A stretch of DNA of 63,559 nucleotides, the filler included, from Sluysia triapertura (taxonomy: Eukaryota): NCBI GenBank assembly GCA_046118255.1. It is 5 parts of 5 records of this genome, joined end to end, with 100 filler letters (N's around TTAATTAATTAA, not from the genome) between each part and the next. Parts side by side here need not be neighbours in the genome. Positions count along the whole stretch, not along the records: positions 1 to 15,803 come from JBJNIA010218251.1; positions 15,904 to 28,859 come from JBJNIA010069285.1; 3 more parts are not named here. One strand, given 5' to 3'. Of this stretch, positions 12,490-25,920 are shown one piece after another. Position 1 is the first letter of the stretch; each line of letters opens with the position of its first letter. A model generated the notes under the pieces. The model did no database searches, was not told where the DNA came from, and worked only from the letters and a program-made list of their open reading frames with translations. The position numbers and the translations under genes are program-made.

Positions 12490-13230
12490 AAATATATGAT
12501 ATACCAAAATGTAGGTACACAAGAAATTCCATATGTAACATGCCAAGATGTGAGAGCCCAAAATATTGATATCACTCTACAAGAACACAGACCACCAAAA
12601 ATTAGCCATACCACATAAAAACTCATGTGACTTACCAATATGTAAAAAAAATAGTACAGTATAATGACCTGCTAATGAATTGATCTATTAAAGAATTGAT
12701 CTGAACTGGTATTAACTTTATATTACCAACATAAGCAATAACCCACATTACGCCACTAGCAACAAACCAATAAACGAAACAAGTAAACATTGCAATACAT
12801 ATTAAAGTTCCCTCTTGAACTTTACTTTCATTTCAAATAAAAGTAAAGCAATTATCATTGTAGGTCCATAAAGTTCGGCCAGTACAAGACAATCCGCATT
12901 ATTCAAGTTAATTGGTACAAATGAAGCTAAAAGTCTTAGGAAAACTTCTTTCGGTTCTACATTAAAACAAATAAGCAAAAAATCTACAGTTGCACATGAT
13001 TTGAATAAATTTTTTGCTATTTCTTTACATTCAGCCCAAACAGTTGATGTTAATTTAGATAATAATATATTCGGTGAGGAATATTCAGAATTTTTTTCTA
13101 ATGGAACTGTATTCCCATCTACGTTACTCATATCAATTACAGCTGGTCTCTGAAATGTATTATTTTGACATTCACTATAGTACACTCGAGAAATATCACT
13201 TACATTTAAATCGCTCATTGATAATATCAA
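12490..13230 (-). pseudogene. YIPF3: Intronless, frameshifted YIPF3 (Yip1-domain) pseudogene
   Basis: PAVIDMSNVD, FNVEPKEVFLRLLASFVP, AELYGP, then after a frameshift VQEGTLICIAMFTCFVYW, GHYTVL, FYVVWLIFGGL, LHMEFLVYLHFG; all colinear with YIPF3; internal deletions, no introns seen. Confidence 0.85.
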
Positions 13231-13959
13231 CTCTTAACTAAGTATAACGATGTAGAGCAATAACAATACAGAAATAATAATGATAACAATAATAGAGTTA
13301 TTATATGATGATGTTGATGGTATTGTGATATTATTATAAGAATTATTACAATGGAATTTATGATAACAATAACTATAACTCATGATAATTATGTACAATG
13401 ACTATGTTTGTTTTTGAATGAGTCAAGTAGTTTATTTAGTGTTCTGTTCATGTAAGAAATGTTCACATGTGATGAAGTGTATTTGTTATTTTGATGTATT
13501 ATCTCTCCGCCTGATCTGTTAAAATTAACATTATGGTTATTGTTTATTCTAAAAACATTCATTAAAAAATTAATTAAAATTATATATATGACGCTTAAAG
13601 TGCTTAAAATATAAACGTCTTGAAATTTACAACTCTAAATTTGTTACTTTGGATATTCAAATAAAAAGTGAAATATAACGAGGTTTTATTTAAAATAAAC
13701 TTGAACATGATAGATAGTAGAAGTAAAACTTTAAACAAGAAGAAAGTGATCGTTTTCTGTAAGTGTTAGGATTGCCCAACTATGGATTAGGAGATAAATA
13801 AAAGACATGTATAATCACACAATCAAGAAAGAACTGATACAAAGTGATGGACTGAACATTATAAACATTGTTGAAATAAGAATCATGAAAAAGAAAACAT
13901 TTATAATGATCTTAACAGCTAAATAATATCTTACATTTCCAGAGACCTATATATGCGTT

Positions 13960-14529
13960 TGAGACCTTATGGAAGCTTGAGATGGACTTGAAAAACGTTA
14001 GAACCATTAAGGTACCTTTGAAATTGTAAACCTTTAGATCATTTAATACTTTATTAACCTTTAAGTATTCTTGAAGCATCTATAAGCATTTGAGATTCTT
14101 TAGTAATCTTATACAGTATTTAAAATCTTTGAAATATTTGAGAAATAAAATCATTGTATTAAGAATAAATCTAGTATAGTAATAATTAACATGAAGAAGT
14201 AGAAAAAGAATCAGAGAGGTGAAGGTGAAAACATCTAGAGCATCTAGAACATCTAGAAAACTACTAAATGACTTTAGGACATTAATACAACCTTTAAACA
14301 GAATAAGATTAAGTCTAAAAATGGATTAATTAATTAAAAATCTTAATTAACTTAATTAAGAAAAAGTACGTTTTTTGAATAACTTTTGAATGAGGAATGT
14401 GAGTTGAATTTGAAACTGTAGGTGTATTTATTTTAAAAAGACCTTTCGATGAAGGTATGGTTTGGCCAAGTTCATGCAAGAAAAGCCTTAATATTGAACA
14501 AAGTAAAATTTTAATTAATTCTTAATTAT
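13960..14529 (+). repeat. Dispersed ~560-bp repeat (DNA-transposon-like); inverted copy at 25360-25920
   Basis: Colinear similarity to the reverse complement of 25360-25920 (e.g. aacttttgaatg, tttgaaactg, aaattttaattaat). Confidence 0.8.
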
Positions 14530-14598
14530 GTTAGACTTCGTAAAATGGACTGACCGGGGATCGAATCCCAGACCTTCGGTGCGCAGTTCGATTGCTTC
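14530..14598 (-). mobile_element. tRNA-derived SINE / tRNA pseudogene copy (5'-truncated)
   Basis: Reverse complement ...ATCGAACTGCGCACCGAAGGTCTGGGATTCGATCCCCGGTCAGTCCATTTTACGAAGTCTAAC; B box and shared tail. Confidence 0.75.
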
Positions 14599-15803
14599 TT
14601 ATGTCCGGAAAATGATGGATGAGAAATGGTTATCATAAACATAACAATTTACTAAATTATAAGATTGAATGGTGAAAGTAATAAATACATCTGGCCGAAG
14701 TATAAATTTTTATCATAAATACGATTTGAGTTTCGTGACATAGTATTTATAAGACGAATTATATCCTGATCTGTTGTAGGTTCTTGCGCAGAGAAATCCG
14801 TCTTTACACATGGTTCTGCTTGAACGTAGTTGATCTGAAAATGATCATGCGAAAAAATCACTACGCATTGCATATTACTAATTTTTCTATCAGAAACAGT
14901 TACCAAATGGGGTATAAGACAATATTCTGGTATCACGAAATCTACATAAAATCAGATATCCAACATCGGAAACGATGACGACCAAATTAGTAGGTAGACT
15001 GTATAAAATTTTCGTTGTATTAAATTTTGAAAGATGTTTGGACGATATGGCCATTAATACTATTGATGAATTTGTAATAACTGTTATAATCGATGTAATG
15101 TGTATTATAACTTTAGTGATAATTCTTTTCTCTTTTTTTAGCAACCGTGGTACTGCTTTGCTCTTTTTTAATAATATTCACTTCTTTACTTTAATACAAT
15201 AATTTTTGTTTATAATTTTTAGGGTTGTTATTGGTTATCTAATCACGACTCGTACAATTCTCTGTATAATTTTTTCGTCGTGATTGGATATTGGATAACC
15301 TGATTATATGATGGTGAAATCAATTATTTTTGTGGTATTGAACCACCATCAATAGTGACATGTGAATAAAACTGATGAACAAAGTGTCGCTATTGATGAT
15401 GGTGACGACAAAAAATAATTTAGTCTTCAAAATTAATAATTGATTGATAATAATAATAACAACAATAATATTGTTATTATTATTATTAATAAATGACAAT
15501 AAAATGCATAAATGTCTTTTTTACTTAAACTGCACACGATATTTTCTTTTTATTTCTTTCATTCTTACATATAAATAAGTAAATAAAAATTAAGAACAGA
15601 TATAAGGAGAAACAAAAACAGACGACGTACTGTGAAGAAACAACGGTGACGAGGTATGCTAAGTCTAGGTTATCGTTGTTGCTTCATGTGGAGATAATGA
15701 ATTCTCTAGAGCTTTATTATATTTGTTTTTAAAGATAACAGAAATGATTTGAGTTGTAGTTGAAACAAAGAATGTTAGAATAAATTAGTGAAGTTTATTA
15801 ATG

Positions 15804-15903
15804 NNNNNNNNNNNNNNNNNNNNNNNNNNNNNNNNNNNNNNNNNNNNTTAATTAATTAANNNNNNNNNNNNNNNNNNNNNNNNNNNNNNNNNNNNNNNNN
15901 NNN
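15804..15903. other. Artificial assembly spacer (44N-TTAATTAATTAA-44N)
   Basis: Identical 100-bp structure occurs four times; the 12-mer puts stops in all six frames. Confidence 0.97.
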
Positions 15904-15928
15904 CTACTACTACTACTACTACTACTAC

Positions 15929-15972
<44 letters not shown>
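15904..15972. repeat. (ACT)n-(AAT)n microsatellite at contig edge
   Basis: Direct reading. Confidence 0.95.
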
Positions 15973-15975
<3 letters not shown>

Positions 15976-18321
15976 TTATATAAAAATACGAAAAAATAAA
16001 CGCATAAACTTTATTCTTTTTCTGTAATTTACTCAAAAAAAACAAATTCTTTTAAACATAAATTTCTTAAATTTAATAAATAAAGTTCTTTTTTCTATGT
16101 TTAGATGCTTTATAAAATATTTCTTCCTTTTCTTAGTGACTTTCTTAAAAGTATTTGTATAATCTTAACTAAAATGTTAAAGAATGTTTAAATTTTGATT
16201 ATGTTTTTAGATAATATTAAAGATCAAATGAACTTGAAATGTTTTGGAGTGATTTTAATATGTATATTTGATAATTTGAAATGTAAATTGTGATTCTAAT
16301 GTTGTGAAATTGTGAATTAAAATGTTTTAAATGAAATTTAATATACATTAATGGTTTTGAATGTAAATATGAGTTTAATGATATAAGTGAATTTAAAATA
16401 TTTTGAAAAAATAAAAAAACGTTTTAATGATCAGAAAGGTAAAATATAGCATGTTAGTAGATATGTTATTTTATGTAAAATAATAATTTTAATTTTAAAT
16501 TAAAAGATTGGCCACCACAACATTCATTACTTAATTCGCATAAATTACATAAAACGAAAATGAATAAACAAATTATAGATTGTGATTCTTGAGATATTTA
16601 AATTTTTACATTAAAGCATTAAAAATGACGATGGAATTGTTAATTTTAACATTTGAATACATTAAAAAAGTAAACAATAATAAAACTGAATTTCAAATAT
16701 TTTGTAATACATTGGTTTAGGATTAAATTGATATTGAATGTGTCGATGAGGATAATCATGTTATGGTGATGACAATGATACATATAATGATGAAAATGTT
16801 ATTAATAAGAGTAGGTAGTATATTTACTACTATTATTATCATAATGACACATTATTATGATTAAAATTTTCGTTAATAATAAAATTAGTGTATAAGTTCT
16901 TAATGTCGTTGAAATATTAATAGTTATTAGAAGGTTTGACATTATATGTGAAGGTTTTGAATCACCACAGGGTATGTTTGTAAAATATTTAAAATACAAA
17001 GAAAGAAATATACAAAGAGATATAGTTCTTACTCTTGGAAATACAAATGTATATTTATTAATTAACTCAATTAAAAATTGTTTTGATTTAATAGCTTTAT
17101 GTAAGATGTTTGTGTATGAGAAAATAACAAAAACTAAGGTGTATTGTTGAGATTCATCAATATTACGAAACACGTCAATGTGGATAATTTAAAAATTATT
17201 TTTTTTAATTAATTCTTTATAATATAAAGTTACATTTATATATGTGTTGTAATATTTATCAACAATCAAAATGTATATCAAATTTGTATATCAAAAATGT
17301 ATATCAGATACCAATTCAGAAAGGTTATTGAAATCGACATCTAACTTATTGTATGAAAAATTATTATAGAAAAGACGTTTTGATTAACTGATTTTATGCT
17401 TAATTTAAGTTGATATGTATTAATCAAACAGTATGCATTATTATGATAGTCGTGTAAAATTTTGCTTTTATTATTTTAATAAGATAAGATTGTTTGTCAA
17501 AAATCCCATTATCTATAGGAAATTTCTCGGATATGATAAATTACACATGTACGGAAATTATCGTCTAAATTTAATTATTAAATTTTGGTTGGCTTTTAAG
17601 CGACTCAAAAGAGTAAGTAATTACTTAAAGTGACTATATCGACATTTCAATTTCTAATCTCCTAAATTGGAAAAACATACTAAAATGAATGGCAATAAAG
17701 CAAAAAATGAAAATATTGAATTAAATACTAAATTATCTAATAAAACGAAATCTACGAAAAAGAAGAAAAGGCCTGTATATTACATAAACATTGTATAATA
17801 GTGATAAATCACTTCAGTAATTTGTAAATGTGGTATCTGATCAAGACGAAAATTCATTAGAGTTGTTCAACTTTTTCTAAGCTAAGAACAATTATGAAAT
17901 TAAACTTACTGGTCCGCCTGTAAAGTCAGAGTTCCTTATACTTTACAGTAATGAGGGTCTGTGTAAATGATCTATTAATTCTTAATTTAATTCAAATTTA
18001 TCTTATCGGTTATGAATTTTAACAAATTTAAGTTTCTTTTCAACAAATTATTCTTTACATTTAAATCTTACTTTATCTTTTAATCCACTCCTTTAAATAA
18101 ATTTAAACAATAAAGAAAAGACCGAATTTTTTATTATAATAATAACTGAGTACAAGATAAACAAATTATAGTATTAAATATATAAAAACAAATTAAATTA
18201 TACAATATATATAAACAAAAATCAACAAATTTTAAATAGGTTTTGACTCAGGCTAATGCTTGAGTTTTCAAAGAATCAAAGAAATTTAAGTGTATTTTAA
18301 GGCACATATTCTTGCCTTAAG

Positions 18322-18510
18322 TGTCTGAAGGTATTCTTCGTAAATAACGTTTTCCGAATAAGAGTTTCTACTGTCTGAGGCGATTAATGATATTCTCCGT
18401 AATTAATGTTTTTCTGAATGAGTTTTTGCTGTCCGAGGTGATTATTGGTACTCTCCGTGAATAATATTTTCCAAATAAGAAGTTTCACTATCCGAAACGA
18501 TTAATTCTCC
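18322..18510. repeat. Degenerate ~59-bp minisatellite, ~3 units
   Basis: Units like ggtattctccgtaaataa.gttttccgaataagagttt.actgtccgaggcgattaat. Confidence 0.8.
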
Positions 18511-18959
18511 AAAATTGAGTCGCGTAGTCTTTAACTTTTGTTGTGAAGGTTTGTAGAGACTATACATTTTATTTATACAATAATTCTGTATGCCATTTAT
18601 TCTCGATTCAATAATATAAATATTTAAATTTAATAATATTGTATTTTCGATATCTATTTAAGGTTCAAGATAAATATTTGATATTCCAAAGTTCAAAAAT
18701 TAATTGAAAAATAATTGACATAATAATAATATAAATATTTAATATTTGAAATTTAAATCTTCGTATTTTATATTTTAAAGTTCAATATTAATTAGTTTAC
18801 TATTTCTTTAATTAAATTATTTCTAAATAATTAATAAATTAATTATTTACAACTTTCAGTTTTTTTACAAATTTTACATAATTTAATTTACATATTTTAC
18901 ATGATTTAAATATTTGCAGTGTCAACAATATTCACTACATCGAATTTGAAAAGCTAACA

Positions 18960-19110
18960 ATCCCACTATATCCGTACAAATTAATAGTAAATGGAAATTG
19001 ACACAGGTTCATCACCACCGTTAACTGATTATAATAAACTTAAAAATTAACTTACATCGACCCATATTAAATTGATGGCTATGACAGGCCAAGAAATTGA
19101 GACCGTAAAT
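18960..19110 (+). mobile_element. Gypsy-type aspartic protease remnant
   Basis: ISVQINS..MEIDTGSS (DTG active site) and THIKLMAMTGQEIETV. Confidence 0.55.
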
Positions 19111-20533
19111 TGACAATCCACGAACAAGTAGGCGTATTGTGTAAATGAATTCATTGATTCTAAGGTGGTCAGAAATATTAATACTCGAAAATTCAGTAAA
19201 GTTGATTTCCACGATAATAATGATGGTGATGCTGATCCTATTGCCGAAGAGATTGTTCGAGATGACGTTGATGATCCATATCGTTATAATTCGTTGTGTA
19301 GTCTTATATTTTGTGAACAGACCTTCTTAAACTGTATACTTATGCTTTAAATGTGTTTGTGTGTGCGCGTGTCCTTATTTATATATGTATTATAATTTTT
19401 TATACCAATTTTTTTAATTTATAAATTTATACCAATTTATATTTCGATTCATAAATTTTAGGAATATTGACGCATCATGCAAAAATTTTGTAGTCGTGCT
19501 TAAGGTACGACTTGTTTAAATTCAATATATAAATTACTATGCATTAAAACAGATGTATAAAATTACACATGATTTGAAAGATTTTAAATTATAACATGCC
19601 ATTGCGACTTGTCGGCCACATTTCATTTACTTAAATTTAAGATTCAAATTGTATTAGAGTTCGCAATTACCTGAGAATCCTCGTTCCGTTCAAGAAATAA
19701 AACACAAAGTAAAACTCAGATGCGTTAATGTAATAATAAATAAAACCACAAAAGTTACAATAAAAACTTCTAGATTATTATCATATACTTCAGTATGGTT
19801 TAGTTCTAGCCCTTCTTTTGCCTTATCAGCTTTTTCTAATTTCATAATATCAATATTTTGCTCTAAAACCATATCATCTGCTTTGTCAGATATACTAAAA
19901 AAGAACATTGTTATTTCAACTAAAACAATTGGAAAATTTACGACCATACATGTATACATCACCATAAGATAATCTCATTATTGGTTCCAATTCAGAAATC
20001 TCACTAATATCGTAAATTAAATTATTTATATCAATTATCGATCGGCATTTTAATTAAAGATAAGACTGAATTGGAATTATTAAGGTTCACAATATTAAGG
20101 TTCACGTAAAACGTTGACAGCGATTATTAAGATGAGTTTATAAGCTTTAGAGGTAATCTTTAATTTTATATTTTGTTCATCAATTTTGAGATTTATTTTA
20201 GTGGTTTTTATTTTGTGTTGGGTTACACAATAGGTTTTAAATCAGCGCACTTATTTTTTAAAGAGTTAAAAGGCCTTAATATTATTTTGAAATTTATTTT
20301 AGTCTATAAAAGATTTTAAATGCGTAACGTCAAGCCTTCTAAATATTGTATTCATTTAGTAACAAGATAAAAGCTATAATCACTTTGTATAATAATAATT
20401 TATAAAAGTTAAGGCTATGTATACATTATTTTTGAAGTTTTTATGCGGTCAACAATTTTGATACCCGCTGAATTATAAAAAAATAATTTTGATAATCACG
20501 CTAATATTGATTTTTAAAGTAAACCAAGTACAA

Positions 20534-20806
20534 CATGTTTCAAAAGTATAGGACAACCCTTCGTTTTGCTGATATACAAACACAATTTATATTATAACAA
20601 ATTAACAATAAACTATTAATTATTTCAAGCTTTCAATTTTAGTACACTTAGTGCATTTGGGTAAATAAATTTCGTTTCAGAAGTGTAGGACGCATTATAC
20701 AAACTTTTTATTTAAGAGACTATACAACGTATTGTACAAAATTGATGTTCCTGAGTTTTTCAATACCTCTACACACCTTTTTGTCATTGATTTAATCAAT
20801 GTATTT
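20534..20806 (-). mobile_element. 3' end and TIR of a Tc3-like transposon
   Basis: Reverse complement of 52360-52608 (transposase C-terminus plus tgtttcaaaagt..aggaca terminal motif). Confidence 0.75.
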
Positions 20807-21984
20807 GTTATTACTAATGTGTGTTTTATTTATGTGTATTAATGACTCAAAATTTTAAATTAATGATTAAGAATAATATATGTGTGTGTAAATTTTAAAG
20901 TTTATTTTAAATCAAATTTGTAATAATAAAATCGATAAGTCTTAAATCTATTTGGATTAATTTGTAATAATATTTTGGAAAATTTTGAGTAAAAGTAAGA
21001 TTTTTGAATATTTTTAATAATATTAATTTTTTAAATCTTTTAATTTTTATTTTCTAAGGGAATATAATATAATATTTATTATTTTTATTAAAATTTTTAT
21101 CAAAATTATTAAAAACCTTTTGTTTTAAAAAGTCGTTGTGACCTCAAGGTCACCCTTCTAATGTGTATAAATAAATTTGCAATTATTTTCTACCATAATT
21201 TGCGAACATAAAATTGCTACCATAATCTGTAACTATTTTTTGAAAACATTGATTTACAATCAGTTCTGTATCTCATCTCCGATTTTTTCTTCAGTGCAGT
21301 CTACATCGCTATTACATACTGATCCAAAATCGAATTGATTATCGTTAGTTCTTTATAATAAATTTTTTCGCAATATATATAATAGCTTATTTAAATTTGA
21401 TACTTAAAATCAATCTTTACTTACGCTACTATTTCAAAGTAACATTTAAATCAATTATTTAAATATGAACAATTGGATTAACTGCTTTAATCTCCATTAA
21501 ATTATTATTATATTGATATTATACAGTGTACATTATTTATTTTGTGTAAAGTTTTTATTTATAGTTATTCTAATAAAAATATCTCAATTTTACTTTTTTA
21601 TTGTTGTAATAAACGTTATAGGTTCTATTTCGAACCTCTTTAAAATCATTTATTTAACTTTTGATTTAAATATTTCTCAAAGATTCAGTTTCAGAACCTT
21701 ATTAAAATCTTTGTAATTTTTAAGTTTCAATTTAGGAACCTTATTAAAATACCATCACCAAAGTTCAATTTAAGAGCCTCATTAAAATACACTAAGATAT
21801 ATTAAGTTTCTTTGCAAGAAATAAAATTATTATTAGGAATCTATAGCTAGGCGATTATAATAATCTCCATTTGCCTCAGTTATTGATTTTTCAAAAAAAT
21901 CCTACGGATGGCCCTAACTGGTAAGTCCAGTACGTTGGTGGACTCACCTTATGCTAAGTTTTTATTCTATTTGCTTCACTTTTC

Positions 21985-22590
21985 TCACATATTAAAACTT
22001 TTTATTTCAATCTTTTCCCAAGCTTTCAATATTGCATGTTTTAATTCAAAAAAGAGGAAGTATTTCCAAGTATTTCCAAAAAATTAAACAGATCAAGACA
22101 TGCGATATCCAATTATTTTGATAATAGTTATAAAAATAAATTGAAACAAATGACCTTAATAAAGTATGCGAAAAATACAACATTGTCTACAACTCGTAAT
22201 AAAACAACAGTATGGAGAATATTAAAAAATAGTGGTAAGGTCGAATTCATTAAATTCTTGCTAAACCTCCACTTACTGATGCTCATAATATAGCAAGAAT
22301 TAACTTTACCGAAAGTCATATTAATAGCCACACTGACTGGACGACAATATTTCTTTAGAATTCTTTAGATGATGCCAATAACCATCACGACCATCCAAAT
22401 TAAATTTCTTCTCATCTGAGAATGTTATCTTGGTCCACTTAGCGTGGTTATTAATATAATTTTCGGCAAAGTTAATTCTTGCCATTTTATGTGCATTAGT
22501 AAGCGGAGGCTTAATAGATTTAACCTCACCACTATTTGTTAACATTCTCCATACTGTTATATTATTGCAGTATAACTCTAAATCTGACAA
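21985..22590. mobile_element. Cluster of rearranged Tc3-like transposase fragments on both strands
   Basis: Minus: ELKHAILKAWEKIE (~22000-22048) and KPPLTNAHKMARINFA..W..ITFSDEKKFNLDG (22326-22560); plus: KLNRSRHAISNY...KPPLTDAH (22081-22325). Confidence 0.85.
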
Positions 22591-24453
22591 CGTTATAAAA
22601 ATTCATAATGCAGAAATATTTAAATCAAGATAACAAAATCAACAAGTAATTAATAATAATTATTGATAATCAAAGTAATTTTGTTATTATAATAAGTTAA
22701 TTTATGTTAATTTTATTTATAAGCATGATCGTACTTTATTCATTCTAATTATAGTAAGATTCCGTTTTAATTAGAATAAAAGTATATGCTAGTTATCATT
22801 AAACTCTATTTCTAACTTATCCATATATTAAATTGTAATATTTAATAACTTAAAAGTCCTAGATAATTATTTTTTTAATTAAAAACTGAACTTTTTTATT
22901 TCATTATTCGCAGTATTAATATTTTTAAAAATAATTTACATAGCACACAAATATTTAATAATTTATAAAGCACAAAAATATTTAATAATTTATAAATGTT
23001 TATTATATATTCTCATTTTTTAAATTTCAATTAATATTCAATCTTTCTAAAAAATGACAAAAAATCCATTAAATTAACATTTATATAATACAAACGTATA
23101 ATGTAAAATTCAAACTATTCATTAAAAATTAATATATTACTTAGTCAATTTAACGTTGTAAATTATTTTGTATTGAATATATTTTAAATTTGAATTTTTA
23201 AAATAATTATAAATGAAAAATATAAGATGATAATAAGACTAATTCATTTTGGTAAATTTTATTTTTAAGCATTTCCTTAAGCTGCCGAGGAAGTATATAC
23301 TTTTAGAAGAAATAAAAGTAAAAAATTGTTCATTTTTTGTGAAAAATTACATAATTTTATATAAATTAACATGATATATTTTGTTTTAATATTAAATTCT
23401 ATTTAAGGAAACAAAATAAAAGTAACATTCAAAGAATTAAGCAATGTTTATAAAAATGGAAGAATTTCTGTTTTTAATAAAGACGTTGTGATATTGGGAA
23501 TCAACACAAAGAAAAATATTCAAACTATCGTAGACAATGACTGAAAAATAATAATAAATGTATCGACATAGTTAAATATTGCAATGAATCTGTTCAAAGG
23601 ATATTTCGGTCTACGAAGTTAAGAAAATTATTTCATTATAATTATAGTCCGAATATCTTAAAATACTTAAAATTGTTTGGTTAACCAAGAATTATAGCTT
23701 GTAGTGTAAGAGTCAAGTAAGTATTGCTAGTATTTTTCTTTTCTCACTATAGCAAATTAATAACTTAACTTGTGGGTTCCTTTACAGTTTATAATTTGTC
23801 TTGATGAAGACGTAGCTGTAAAGGCAACTTTTAGCGTTTTAGAAAGGTTAATAAACTTTTAGAGGGTCCTAACTAGAATATTTTATTTTAAATAATGAAT
23901 CAAAAAACACAATTATATTACAATTAAAATAAATGACTACAAACTAATAATGTTACAATAATATTGATTAAAAAGATAGTTACAGTGGAATTATATACTT
24001 ATCTAAAACAAACAGGAATTACGGATCGTTGTTTTTTTATGATTAAGTTAATTCAGATCTCGATGAAATTAATTATCTAATTTAATAAATTTAAAATATA
24101 ATACAAAATATTACTATCAATCTCAATAATAATACAAATCAATTTGTTATTTGCTTAATAGTTCCTTGTTACTACTTAATTTATTTGAATCTTGAGTTAA
24201 ATTTAAAGTCAAAAAGATTCAACTCAATTATACTCAGTGAGGTACAAATATTACAACTACACTAATAAATGCAAATAATCTCGCAACAATAAATATTAAT
24301 AAGTAAAAATATCCAAAATTTTGAAAAAAACTAAAATGTATACAAATACCAGATAATTAGTAGTAACTTTATAATATTAGGAACACAATAATTAAATCTG
24401 TACACTGTAAAAATTAATTCATTTATAATTTTAGAATTATTTAGATTTTATCA

Positions 24454-24770
24454 AAAATAACTTAGGCAGAAAGTCTCCAGAAATCCACTTATAAATAACT
24501 TACAAATCAAAATTATAACAATAAACGAATATTCCCAAATAATTTTATTTTAAGATAATCAAATGTATCAAAATAATTTGGACGGTCATCTCTAAAAATC
24601 AATATATAAATATCTTAAATATTAAAATGATAATCAAATATTCTATTTTAAAATAATCTAATGATCTAATATTTTAAAATAATTTGGGCAGGGCGCCTTT
24701 CGAAAATCAATTTATAAATAACTTAAAAATCAAAATTAAAATTATAATAAAATATTTTATTATTAAAAAA
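24454..24770. repeat. Degenerate ~110-bp tandem repeat, 3 units
   Basis: aaaataa(c/t)tt(a/g)g...aaatc.a.ttataaataactta.aaatcaaaatt recurs at ~24454, ~24571 and ~24677. Confidence 0.6.
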
Positions 24771-25359
24771 ATTTAAGAAAAGTATAAAAGAAATAAAACA
24801 TATATAAACAAAAATACCAACAGAATGGAAATTAGTAGCACTGTTCAATTTTTGAATTGTTCTATAATTTTATTGTGTTGTAAAATTTTTAAGCATTTCA
24901 TTTATATTTTCTCATCATCCAGTCAATCCTGAGTTTCACAATTAAACGCTCACACAAATCATCAAAACTTCTTTGAGAATTAGACCGACAATAACAACTT
25001 TGACAATTACATGGTACGGCCTGTCGAACTTTATTAGGTACAAAACACAAAAGTTTGATTAATGATCAACTATTATTTTCTTCTACTAGACTCAATCTAT
25101 TTTTACTTTAATTACTTCTCACATTAAAATAACAATCAACAATATTGTTAACGTATATAAAAATAATGAATTTAATTTTAGTTTTTAGAATATAATTGAT
25201 TTTCGATTTTTCACACCCAATTTTCTAATGAAAAATGTTTAAGGTCCTTATTCTTAAACTAACCACTCTACAGACATTTCAAACTCACTTATAGATTCTC
25301 CTCTTTCATAGCGATAATTTTATTTCATTTCATTATTTTAAGTATTAAAAACTCAATAT

Positions 25360-25920
25360 TCGATAATTAAGTATTAATTAAAATTTGACTTTGCTAAATA
25401 TTAAAGCTTTCCTTGCCTTAACTGGATCAAACTATATCTTTATCGAAACGTCTTTTTAAAACAAATACATACACAGTTTCAAATTTAACATAGCATTCCA
25501 CATTCAAAAGTTATTCAGAAAAACTCATTTTTTCTTAATTAAGTTAAGATTCTAATTAATGAATCTAATTTTAGACTTAATAATATTCTATATTTAAAGG
25601 TTTTATTAAGGTTCTAAAGCTATTTATTAGCTTGTAAAGATTCAGGAGGCTCTTGCTTTTTTCACCTTTACCTTTCTGATTCCTTTTTCTATTTCTTTAT
25701 GATAATTATTATCATACTAGATTTATCTTTAATACCAATAACAATGTTTTTATTTCTCAAGTATTTTAAAGATTTAAATATTTTATAAGGTTACTCAAAG
25801 GTCTTAAATGTTTATCAAGGTTTCAAGAATACTTAAAGGTTAATGAAGTCTCAGATGATCAAAGACACCTTAAAGATTCTAGAGGTTTTCCAAATCCTTC
25901 TCAAATGTCCACATGGTCTT
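25360..25920 (-). repeat. Inverted copy of the 13960-14529 repeat
   Basis: Colinear reverse-complement similarity. Confidence 0.8.

Noticed and set aside
15848-15859. TTAATTAATTAA palindrome as a biological motif
   Set aside because: Always centred in a 100-bp N spacer; assembly artefact.
18322-18510. CRISPR-like array
   Set aside because: Eukaryotic context, units are tandem without unique spacers, no cas genes.
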